Positions 40,597 through 49,443 are shown, numbered from the stretch's first letter. The stretch is DNA of 64,000 bases from Spirochaetota bacterium (GCA_016932015.1 JAFGDQ010000066.1:23617-87616), one strand, 5' to 3'. The notes: generated by a model from the sequence alone, not told the origin. Numbers and translations: made by a program.

Positions 40597-41716
40597 TAAC
40601 AGCTCTGTAACAATTCTTATTATTGATGATGAAGCTGCCATCCGGCAGAGTTATACCTTTTGCCTGGAGGATATGGGTTATCGGATTCTGGAAGCGGAAA
40701 ACGGCCGTGTCGGGGTTGATATATTTGAAAGGGAACACGCGGATCTGGTTCTGGTTGATTTGCGGATGCCTGAAATGGACGGCCTGGAGGTGCTCTCATA
40801 CATTACGGAAAATTCTTCCGATACTCCTGTTATTATTGTATCCGGAACCGGTATGATGAGAGATGCTGTGGAAGCATTGCACAGGGGAGCCTGGGATTAT
40901 ATTTTAAAGCCTATTGAGGATATGCTTATTCTTACTCATGCTGTTACAAGCGCTCTTGAAAAAGCAAAGCTTATAAAAGATAACAGGGCATATCAGGAGC
41001 ATCTTGAAAACCTGGTTGCGGAGCGCACAAAGGAACTTGAAAAAAGGAACAGGCAGCTGGAGATTTCCAGGCGTCAGATCATAGGAATTCTGTCACAGGC
41101 TGCAGAGTACCGTGATTTTGAAACCGGCAATCATTTTCTGCGTGTTTCGGAATATTCAGCCTGCATTGCCGGCTGCCTTGGATGGGATGAGGAGCAGGTG
41201 AATAATATTCATCTCGCAGCCCCGATCCATGACATAGGAAAGATCGGCATTCCGGACAGCATTCTGCTGAAAAACGGTACTCTTACTGATGATGAATGGG
41301 ACCATATGAAAATGCATTGCCAGTACGGGAAAAATATTCTGGCAATAAATAAATTTGTTAAAAAATTTCTTAATATTGAGGAACTGGATGAGGAGGAGAT
41401 TCAGTCCGATTACAGCGATTCAATAATAGAAATGGCTGCGAATATCGCGTTAAACCATCATGAATACTGGAACGGTGAAGGTTATCCGCTGGGTCTCAAG
41501 GGAGAGGAAATTCCTATAGAGGCACGGATCACATCAGTGGCTGATGTTTTTGATTCGCTTGGGAGTCACCGCCCCTATAAGGAACCCTGGCCTGAAGAGG
41601 AATGCCTGAAATATATCGAGGAAAATTCAGGCATCAGGTTTGATCCTGATATTGTAGAAATATTTTTGCAGAATATTGATACGATCAGGGAGATAAAGGC
41701 GAAATATACGGATTAG
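40589..41716 (+). CDS. REC + HD-GYP cyclic-dinucleotide phosphodiesterase (RpfG-like)
   Basis: IIDDE, DLRMP, ETGNH, HDIGK, HHEYWNGEGYP, RPYK. Confidence 0.93.
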   Translation: MNDNSSVTILIIDDEAAIRQSYTFCLEDMGYRILEAENGRVGVDIFEREHADLVLVDLRMPEMDGLEVLSYITENSSDTPVIIVSGTGMMRDAVEALHRGAWDYILKPIEDMLILTHAVTSALEKAKLIKDNRAYQEHLENLVAERTKELEKRNRQLEISRRQIIGILSQAAEYRDFETGNHFLRVSEYSACIAGCLGWDEEQVNNIHLAAPIHDIGKIGIPDSILLKNGTLTDDEWDHMKMHCQYGKNILAINKFVKKFLNIEELDEEEIQSDYSDSIIEMAANIALNHHEYWNGEGYPLGLKGEEIPIEARITSVADVFDSLGSHRPYKEPWPEEECLKYIEENSGIRFDPDIVEIFLQNIDTIREIKAKYTD

Positions 41717-41732
41717 ATTTTTATCGTGATTT

Positions 41733-41766
41733 TTAGTACAAATACAGCGGGTGCGAATCTGGATTC
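41733..41766 (-). repeat. Duplicate of the last 34 bp of the 43291-44526 gene (insertion scar)
   Basis: 31/34 identical to 43291-43324; both read NPDSHPLYLY* on the minus strand. Confidence 0.9.
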
Positions 41767-41786
41767 CATTTAATGCTAAGTTTTTT

Positions 41787-41830
41787 TTATCTGAATAACC
41801 TCTGGTTTAAGAAAGAGATTATTCAGATAA
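41787..41830. terminator. Hairpin between the convergent HD-GYP and lipoprotein genes
   Basis: TTATCTGAATAA...TTATTCAGATAA inverted repeat. Confidence 0.7.
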
Positions 41831-41881
41831 TTGCAGATTAGCCTTTTTTTAATATTTTTATAAAAAAGTATTTCCAGATAA

Positions 41882-43069
41882 TTAATCTATACCTACACAG
41901 TTAACAAAATATGAGCCGTAAGAATTTTGTGAATATGAATAACTTGCGCCTCCATCACCCCATTTCCAAAAATTAGTATAATCAACAGTTGTCTGCCAGT
42001 AGGTTGACGTTGATCTTGGCGTAAAGAATCCCATAAAGTAGTAAATTGATGAATCAGGTGGGAGGGGTACTGCTGTATATGTAGTATCAGTATTATTATA
42101 GTAAAATCTATTCCATGTGTAGCTTGATGAATTTTTAATCCATAGTGCAAAATGGTCTGATTCTAAATGAGGATCTTCTGTATGCGTCATTTCAGTTGCA
42201 GGAATATATGTATCACCCCAGGTTAAAGTTTCTCCCATTCCTGTATTATACGAACTCGCACTCCATGTAATTGATCCCGGTTTAGAAGCGTAAGTAACTT
42301 TGTGTACAGAATCAGGTTGATTCTGAGAGCTTGTGCTTGAGCTGATATGAGTTGATATTATACCTGCTGTCCCATTGACGACCCTGAACGTGTAAATAGT
42401 CGATGCGCTGTCAGCCCATCCTTCCTGCCCGTAATCATCCTTGTAGCTTTCAATTCCAGAATAGTCTACAGCAGATATTGTATAATAATAATGAATATCC
42501 GCTGTTACTGAAAGATCGTCATATGAATCGTCCACTGAAGAACCGACATAAGTAAAAGGTCCCCAAGCTGATTCTCCTCTATATATTTTAATATATGCTG
42601 CATCTCCATAATGGTTCCAGGATATATTTACATAATCTGGATACGTCCCTTGACTAGGCCAATTCAATCCTGGTGTATCAATGGTTGATCCCGAATTTGA
42701 TGACCATCCTTCATCTGCTGTACTTTTTGAACTAGTGGAATTGGCAATAGTAGAACTTGTTGCTGTTACTGCATACCAGTAATGAGTGTCCTGAGTCGCA
42801 GATGTGTCAGTCCAAGAAGTTATTGTTGCTGGATCAGCCGAGCCAACTTCCTCATTGATATCATCTGGTGAGGTACCGCGAAATATGGCATACCAATCAG
42901 CATTACTGACGGAATTCCAGCTAATGATAACATAGTTAGCATAGATACCGTCAGTTGCAGTGACTCCTGTCGGTACTGAAAGTCGGCTGTCATCGCTACT
43001 ACTACCACCGCCACAATAAAGAAAACCAGACATAAATAAACACGATAAAACCAAACATAATTTTTTCAT
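41882..43069 (-). CDS. Ser/Thr-rich surface lipoprotein with two FN3-like domains
   Basis: GGAGA RBS, MKK...GFLYC lipobox; two repeats of ISWN...YxIxRG...YxYxVxA. Confidence 0.75.
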   Translation of the reverse strand: MKKLCLVLSCLFMSGFLYCGGGSSSDDSRLSVPTGVTATDGIYANYVIISWNSVSNADWYAIFRGTSPDDINEEVGSADPATITSWTDTSATQDTHYWYAVTATSSTIANSTSSKSTADEGWSSNSGSTIDTPGLNWPSQGTYPDYVNISWNHYGDAAYIKIYRGESAWGPFTYVGSSVDDSYDDLSVTADIHYYYTISAVDYSGIESYKDDYGQEGWADSASTIYTFRVVNGTAGIISTHISSSTSSQNQPDSVHKVTYASKPGSITWSASSYNTGMGETLTWGDTYIPATEMTHTEDPHLESDHFALWIKNSSSYTWNRFYYNNTDTTYTAVPLPPDSSIYYFMGFFTPRSTSTYWQTTVDYTNFWKWGDGGASYSYSQNSYGSYFVNCVGID

Positions 43070-43290
43070 AAAATGTCTCCAGATAAAATAGTATAAAGGT
43101 TTTAAAGGCGAAAGGGGCTTCACCTTATAGTTTTTTATATGAAGCAGGTAAATATAAATTATGACTTATTTATATTTAAATAAAAAACCAGAATAATTTA
43201 TGGTTTATAGTAGTCAAGCCGGTTACAAAAAAGAATTATATTTTTTTTATAATATAGAAATGTAATTTTTGTATTTTGCAGGGTCTTTTT

Positions 43291-44526
43291 TTAATACAAA
43301 TACAGCGGATGCGAATCCGGATTCTTCCCGAAGAAAGTAACATCGTCAATCTTCTGTATTTTCTCGCCTTTCAGAAGAGTGTACAGGGTACGCTCAATGC
43401 CTATGCCTCCGCCGAAAGTGTCAGGGAAAAGCGGGTTCCCGTTTTCGTGCTTCATGGCTACGAACTGAAGGAAGGGGCCGTAGCCGCCGAGTTCGTCAAT
43501 ATTTTCGATGTTTCCGTTCTTCAGAACAGGCCTTGAAGGAAGTATCTTGTTGTCTATGATTCTTTCGACAATCGGCTCATACAGCCATTCGCGAATGGCG
43601 CCTGAAAGGATTTCTCTTGCCTGAGAGTGTTTGCCTGTTTTCAGGTCAATGCTTTTTGCGAGTATATCATAGTTAAAAACATTGGTGGAGTTTACGTTTG
43701 AGAAATCAATCCTGGTTCCGTCCGGATAAAGATAAGGATAAATGAGGTCATAGTTTTCACGAAGCAGTCCCGTAATCCAGAAAAACTGCGCGTCAGTTGC
43801 TTCGCCTGCTTTCTCCTCAAAGTTTTTTGCACCGTATTTTTTAACGCAGTCGTCCTTGTGAAAACTCGGGAACGGAGTTTCGGGAACGCTCAAAACAATG
43901 CTGAGGTCTTTCAGGTTTTGCGAATTATTTTTGTTAATCTCTTCGCAGGCGAATACTATCATTCTTTCAAAAAAATCTTTTGCTTTGACCATGTCTTCGT
44001 TCAAAGCATCAAGTACCATCTGTTCCTTATTAAAGTAATCATCGAGAGTTATTTTTCTATCGCGTTTTATCTCAATGTCCATCTGTGAAAAATCTGCAAG
44101 GTATTTACCGCGCTGTGCTCCTGTTGGGCTTTCTATTTCAAGACGAATGTTGGGGGAGTCCACAAAGATACCTTTGATGCGCGGATTGGAGCATGCGAGA
44201 AATTTGCTGTAAATCATGCTGTGCGTGGTAAGATATGTATGGCCCTTGTATTCTATTGCAGGTGTATGTTCAATATCATGCGCGAGCGGATCTGTTATAA
44301 TGCTTAACATGATTTTTTCAAGGTTGAAAAGTCCTTCCTTTACAAGAAACTGGTTCATTGCGTTTACAAAGCTGGTGCGTATTGCAATGACATTATAAAG
44401 TTCGTCGGATATCCATTTGCCGGAGTAATTCGCTTTTATGTAATCCTCCATGGTTTCGCCGCCTTCATTAATTGCTGACTGGAACCTGAAAAGACTTTCG
44501 CCTATAACCTTGATTTTATCTTCCAT
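43291..44526 (-). CDS. Archaeal-type asparagine synthetase A (AsnRS catalytic-core paralogue, no anticodon domain)
   Basis: ITDPL, THSMI, SPNIRLE, FSQMDIE, NYD, EILSGAIREW, motif 3 GIGIER match the Pyrococcus-type family as recalled. Confidence 0.8.
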   Translation of the reverse strand: MEDKIKVIGESLFRFQSAINEGGETMEDYIKANYSGKWISDELYNVIAIRTSFVNAMNQFLVKEGLFNLEKIMLSIITDPLAHDIEHTPAIEYKGHTYLTTHSMIYSKFLACSNPRIKGIFVDSPNIRLEIESPTGAQRGKYLADFSQMDIEIKRDRKITLDDYFNKEQMVLDALNEDMVKAKDFFERMIVFACEEINKNNSQNLKDLSIVLSVPETPFPSFHKDDCVKKYGAKNFEEKAGEATDAQFFWITGLLRENYDLIYPYLYPDGTRIDFSNVNSTNVFNYDILAKSIDLKTGKHSQAREILSGAIREWLYEPIVERIIDNKILPSRPVLKNGNIENIDELGGYGPFLQFVAMKHENGNPLFPDTFGGGIGIERTLYTLLKGEKIQKIDDVTFFGKNPDSHPLYLY

Positions 44527-44731
44527 ATTATTTTTTACCCCGATGATATCGATAATTTATGATAAATTTTCTATTTCAGCCGATAAATTACTTTTATTGA
44601 CAAATAATGTCAAATAGAAGATTTGGCAAAGTTAACATTATTGTAACAAAATTTTTTTTATTGCGTTGCGCCATGTTAAATATTATCATATTTGTCCTAT
44701 TTGACTAAAATAATGTTAAAATCCGGTATAT

Positions 44732-47620
44732 ATGAGCTTAATAAGTGAAAAAAACGCGAAAGAGATAGTTACTCTTGTAAATGAAAAATCACTGTCATGT
44801 GAGGAACTGCTGAATGACTGTTTCAGCCAGATTGAGAAATATGATCCTGTGCTTGAAAGCTTTATTTCTTTATATGATAAAGAGACACTTGTAAAAGAGG
44901 CAAGGGAGAGCGACAGCAGGCGGTCAAAAAACGCACAATTGAGCGCTATTGACGGGATTCCTCTTGCTGTTAAAGATAATATCCATTCACAAGGCATACC
45001 TACAACATGCGCTTCCAGAATACTTGAAAATTATAATCCTCCTTATGATGCTACTGCCGTAAGTCTCATTAAAAACAGCGGCGGTATTATACTCGGTAAG
45101 ACCAATATGGATGAATTTGCCATGGGGTCAACATGCGAGCATTCAAGCATGTGCCATACACGGAATCCGTGGGACATTCACCGTGTACCGGGCGGCTCAT
45201 CTGGCGGGTCTGCGGTTGCTGTTTCGGCTGGCATGACTCCGTTTGCTCTCGGAAGCGATACAGGCGGGTCTATTCGTCAGCCTGCGGCTTTCTGCGGAGT
45301 AACAGGTTTAAAACCGACATACGGGCTTGTCTCACGCTACGGGCTTGTAGCATATGCTTCATCGCTTGACCAGATAGGACCAATGTCACGTGACGTTTAC
45401 GGAAACGCGCTGCTGCTGAATATAATAAGCGGTTATGATGTGAATGACTCCACATCGCTTAACCATGAAAAGACAGATTATACTGCAAAACTCGGACAGG
45501 ACATAAAAGGAAAGCGCATAGCTGTTTTCAGGGAGCTTTTAAAAGAGGGAATTTCTCCACAGGTAATGAGAGAATTTGAGAAATCTCTTAAAGTATTAAA
45601 AGAGCAGGGCGCATTAATAGAGGAAGTTTCTTTTGAAGCAGTCAGGTATGTGATCGCAGCGTATTATTTTATTGCATGCGCGGAAGCATGCTCAAATCTT
45701 TCCAGATACGACGGCGTGAAATACGGATTCAGAAGCGGAAAACAGACAGATTATCAGGAAATGCTTTTCACAACGCGTTCCTACGGATTCGGCAAGGAAG
45801 TAAAGAAAAGAATTCTTCTTGGAAACTTTGTCCTTTCCTCAGGTTATTATGATGAGTATTACAGAAAAGCGCAGAAAGTCAGAACACTGATAAGAGATGA
45901 ACTTAAAAAGATTTTTGAAACTGCTGATGTAATTGCCATGCCGACAACTCCTGATATTGCTTTTAAGCATGGAGAGAGCAGCCTTGATCCTATGAGGATG
46001 TATCTTTCTGATATTACAACTGTTATACCGAATCTTTCCGGCCTGCCTGCCATCAGCATTCCGTGCGGCATGGCTGACGGTATGCCTGTAGGGCTTCAGT
46101 TCATAGGCAAACCGCTCGATGAGCAGATGCTGCTGCAGGCGGCATCAATTTACGAAAGCAGCAGAAAAGAAAAATATATTCCTGAGCTTGATCATATTCT
46201 GGATGAGAATGTACCGGGTAAACCGCATTCGGATTCACAGAAGAAAGATGTTTCAGTAAAAGCCTCTGTTTACACTATGAAGGATGTTAAGAAGATTTCC
46301 GAAACCTACTCGGAAAGAACATCTAAAAAGAGCAGAGTATACTGCAGGGACCTTGATTCAAAAGAAGGAAAGAAAGTAACTCTGGGCGGCTGGATTCACA
46401 GCAAAAGAAATCTCGGCGGAATTGATTTTTATATACTCAGGGATAAAACAGGATTTACACAGCTTGTACTTGAAGGCGAAAAGCCGATAGAAAAGCTGAA
46501 CCTTGAAACTGTAGTTGAGGTTTACGGCCGCGTTACAAAAGAAAAACGCAGCCCGTATAGAAATATAGAAATTAAAGTTGAAAAGCTGGATATACTCGGC
46601 CATGCGGAAAGCAGTCTGCCGTTAAATATCAACAGCAGTCTTGAAAATATTAATTTACCGACAATACTCGACAACAGAACCGTATCGGTAAGAAATCCTG
46701 AAATACAGTCAGTTTTCAGGCTGCAGTCAAAAATAGTTAAGCATTTTTCGGATTATCTGAGAGACAATGATTTTACCGAGATAAAGACTCCGAAGATAGT
46801 TTCAAGCGGTGCAGAGGGCGGCACTAATATTTTCGAGCTTAAGTACTTTGACCGCTCAGCTTATCTTGCGCAGTCCCCGCAGTTTTACAAGCAGATCATG
46901 GTGGGCAGCGGCATGGAAAGAGTATTTGAGGTCGGGCCTGTGTTCAGGGCTGAACATCATGATACTGTGCGTCATTTAAATGAATACACCAGCATGGATT
47001 TTGAAATGGGATTCATTGAGAATGAGCAGGATGTCATAGACATGCAGGAAGCTCTGATAAAATATATTTTTAAAAATCTAAAGAATGATTTTAAAGGGGA
47101 CGCAGGGTATAAGAACATGTCATTTGATGTTCCCAAAAAATTCCCGCGCATACATTTTCTTGAAGCTATGGAGATTCTGTCATCGCTCGGCGTAAGGGAT
47201 ATGGAGGAAGGAGATATTTCCCCGGCAGGTGAAAAAGCGTTATGTGACTATTTCGAGGAGAAGGAAAATTCTTCCTTTGTTTATGTCGTAGGCTACCCTG
47301 TAAAGAAAAGGCCTATGTATACAATGCCTGATGAAAGGCTGCCCGGTTATACCAGAAGCTTTGACCTTTTATATAAGGGAATTGAAATAACAACAGGCGG
47401 GCAGCGCATTCACGATTATCATCAGCTCAGGGATAACATTGTGGATTTCGGTTTTAATCCGAGAGAGTTTAAAGATTATCTTGATATATTTAAGTACGGA
47501 ATGACCCCGCACGGCGGTCTTGGAATGGGGCTTGAAAGGCTTACAATGAAAATAATGAATCTTAAAAACATCAGGGAAGCAGCACTGTTCCCTAGAGATA
47601 TAAACAGGCTTACGCCTTAA
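44732..47620 (+). CDS. gatA-aspS: Fusion: amidotransferase subunit GatA (aa ~1-476) + linker + non-discriminating archaeal-type aspartyl-tRNA synthetase (aa ~535-962)
   Basis: GatA: AVKDN, GKTNMDEFAMG, GGSSGGS, GSDTGGSIRQPA, SNLSRYDG. AspRS: OB-fold GWIHSKRNLGG, AQSPQFYKQ, FRAE, RHLNEY, GGLGMGLER, FPRD. Confidence 0.93.
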   Translation: MSLISEKNAKEIVTLVNEKSLSCEELLNDCFSQIEKYDPVLESFISLYDKETLVKEARESDSRRSKNAQLSAIDGIPLAVKDNIHSQGIPTTCASRILENYNPPYDATAVSLIKNSGGIILGKTNMDEFAMGSTCEHSSMCHTRNPWDIHRVPGGSSGGSAVAVSAGMTPFALGSDTGGSIRQPAAFCGVTGLKPTYGLVSRYGLVAYASSLDQIGPMSRDVYGNALLLNIISGYDVNDSTSLNHEKTDYTAKLGQDIKGKRIAVFRELLKEGISPQVMREFEKSLKVLKEQGALIEEVSFEAVRYVIAAYYFIACAEACSNLSRYDGVKYGFRSGKQTDYQEMLFTTRSYGFGKEVKKRILLGNFVLSSGYYDEYYRKAQKVRTLIRDELKKIFETADVIAMPTTPDIAFKHGESSLDPMRMYLSDITTVIPNLSGLPAISIPCGMADGMPVGLQFIGKPLDEQMLLQAASIYESSRKEKYIPELDHILDENVPGKPHSDSQKKDVSVKASVYTMKDVKKISETYSERTSKKSRVYCRDLDSKEGKKVTLGGWIHSKRNLGGIDFYILRDKTGFTQLVLEGEKPIEKLNLETVVEVYGRVTKEKRSPYRNIEIKVEKLDILGHAESSLPLNINSSLENINLPTILDNRTVSVRNPEIQSVFRLQSKIVKHFSDYLRDNDFTEIKTPKIVSSGAEGGTNIFELKYFDRSAYLAQSPQFYKQIMVGSGMERVFEVGPVFRAEHHDTVRHLNEYTSMDFEMGFIENEQDVIDMQEALIKYIFKNLKNDFKGDAGYKNMSFDVPKKFPRIHFLEAMEILSSLGVRDMEEGDISPAGEKALCDYFEEKENSSFVYVVGYPVKKRPMYTMPDERLPGYTRSFDLLYKGIEITTGGQRIHDYHQLRDNIVDFGFNPREFKDYLDIFKYGMTPHGGLGMGLERLTMKIMNLKNIREAALFPRDINRLTP

Positions 47621-47641
47621 CAGTACAATCCGGCGGCATAG

Positions 47642-49414
47642 ATGAAACATAAATCAAAAATAAATATTGAAAATCTGATTGAGCTTGCGTCGTTTGAAGT
47701 AAGTGAAGAGGAAAAGAAACAGTTGGAGAATGAACTGGATGAATTTCTCGCGTATGCTCATGTAATAGACAATGCTCCGTGCGGAGACATGACACCCTCA
47801 AGCCATGCGGTCGAAAAAGAAGCATATATGCGTGAGGATGAAATCAGCGCGTGGGACAAAGTTGAAAAGATAATGGGAAACAGCCCTGTAACGGAAGGGC
47901 AGAGCTATCTTGTTCCTCCCCAGAAAACAACAGCAGTTATGCTGGATGATGAAAACGAGGAAAGCGAAAAGCCGTATGACGGAGAACTGGAGCCTGTAAT
48001 AGGCCTTGAGGTTCATGCGAGGCTGAAAACAAAGAGCAAGCTGTTCTGCAGCTGCTCAACACAATTCGGCGATGAAGCTAACAGCAATGCGTGCCCTGTG
48101 TGTTCAGGCCAGCCCGGCGTTCTTCCTGTATTAAACCGGGAAGCAGTCAACATGGCTATCATTGCAGGGCTTGCTGTCGGATGCACTGTTAATAAGCACT
48201 CCGTATTCGCGCGAAAAAATTATTTTTATCCCGACCTTCCAAAAGGATACCAGATCTCGCAGTTTGAAGAACCTGTATGCTCCGGCGGCGGTGTTGACAT
48301 TGAAATAGACGGAAAAGTAAAAACAGTAAGGCTTAACAGAATTCACATGGAAGAGGACGCGGGTAAGATGGTTCATGTGGGAGCTCCCGGAATATGGGGC
48401 GCAAAAGCAAGTGCTGTCGACTTTAACAGATGCAGCGTTCCTCTTATTGAGATAGTAACGGAACCGGATCTTTCGTCTCCCGAAGAAGCAAGGGAATACG
48501 TTACCATGCTCAGGGCAGTGCTTGTTTCTCTTGGAATCTGTGATGGAAATATGGAAGAGGGCAGCCTTAAATGTGATGCGAACGTTTCCGTAAGGCCTGT
48601 CGGCTCAAAGAAACTCGGCGTTAAAGTGGAAATCAAGAACATGAACTCATTCAAGGCTATTGAAAGAGCTCTTGATTTCGAAATCGTCCGCCTGAAAAAG
48701 ATGAAGCAGAAAGGCATACGCATAAAACAGGAAACCAGGGGATGGGACGAAAGCGGACAGAAAACATACTCAATGAGGGGCAAAGAGGAGTCCCAGGATT
48801 ACAGGTATTTTCCTGATCCTGACCTTCTTCCTGTAGTGCTTACTGATGAATGGATAAACAGCCTTAAAGACCGCGTTACGGAATCTCCTTTGAATGGGAA
48901 GAAGAAGTGCATTGATAATTATTCTTTTTCTGAAAATGAAGCCCGCCTGTTTATGGTTAATCCTTCCTACAGCGAGTATTTTGAAAAGGTGCTGCAGTAT
49001 TATGATAATCCCAGGGCACTTGCCAACTGGTTTTTCAGCGAGATATTGTCCCAGACAGGCGGAGACATGGGAAGTATACATATTACACCTGACGATCTGG
49101 CAGAATTCCTCAAGAGAATAGATAAGGGAGAAATAAGCGGAAAGATTGGCAAGGATGTCCTGAAAAAAGCGTTCACTGAAAAGAAAGGCCTTGTTGAAAT
49201 AATTGAAAACGAGAACCTGAAGCAGGAGACTGATACAGGAGTTATTGAGAAGATAATAGATGAAATTATTGAAAAAAATCCTTCTCAGGTAGCTGAATAT
49301 AAAAGCGGTAAAACTAAACTTCTCGGATTCTTTGTGGGAGAGACAATGAAAGCTTCTCAGGGCAAGGCTAATCCGAAAATTGTTAATGAGATTTTAAGAG
49401 AGAAGCTTAAGTAA
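47642..49414 (+). CDS. gatC-gatB: Fusion: GatC (aa ~1-93) + GatB (aa ~116-590)
   Basis: GatC-like LIELASF...MRED...YLVP; GatB IGLEVH, RKNYFYPDLPKGYQISQ, HMEEDAGK, VEIKNMNS, YRYFPDPDL, GKANP tail. Confidence 0.92.
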   Translation: MKHKSKINIENLIELASFEVSEEEKKQLENELDEFLAYAHVIDNAPCGDMTPSSHAVEKEAYMREDEISAWDKVEKIMGNSPVTEGQSYLVPPQKTTAVMLDDENEESEKPYDGELEPVIGLEVHARLKTKSKLFCSCSTQFGDEANSNACPVCSGQPGVLPVLNREAVNMAIIAGLAVGCTVNKHSVFARKNYFYPDLPKGYQISQFEEPVCSGGGVDIEIDGKVKTVRLNRIHMEEDAGKMVHVGAPGIWGAKASAVDFNRCSVPLIEIVTEPDLSSPEEAREYVTMLRAVLVSLGICDGNMEEGSLKCDANVSVRPVGSKKLGVKVEIKNMNSFKAIERALDFEIVRLKKMKQKGIRIKQETRGWDESGQKTYSMRGKEESQDYRYFPDPDLLPVVLTDEWINSLKDRVTESPLNGKKKCIDNYSFSENEARLFMVNPSYSEYFEKVLQYYDNPRALANWFFSEILSQTGGDMGSIHITPDDLAEFLKRIDKGEISGKIGKDVLKKAFTEKKGLVEIIENENLKQETDTGVIEKIIDEIIEKNPSQVAEYKSGKTKLLGFFVGETMKASQGKANPKIVNEILREKLK

Positions 49415-49443
49415 TAAAAAACTTTTTTTTTATTATACGATTG

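Noticed and set aside
41767-43290. Prophage, ICE or IS as the inserted element
   Set aside because: No integrase, transposase or terminal inverted repeats; reported only as an insertion scar.
43291-44526. EpmA/GenX or a pseudogenised AsnRS
   Set aside because: ORF is intact, and ITDPL, THSM, SPNIRLE and SGxxRE fit the archaeal asparagine synthetase family better.
46160-46330. GatA-AspRS fusion as a sequencing artefact
   Set aside because: Long open linker, no clear internal RBS, non-canonical gene order and a second fusion next door; judged unlikely, though not excluded without reads.
46334-47620. C-terminal synthetase as AsnRS or LysRS
   Set aside because: QSPQxxKQ and GGQRIH are AspRS-type motifs.
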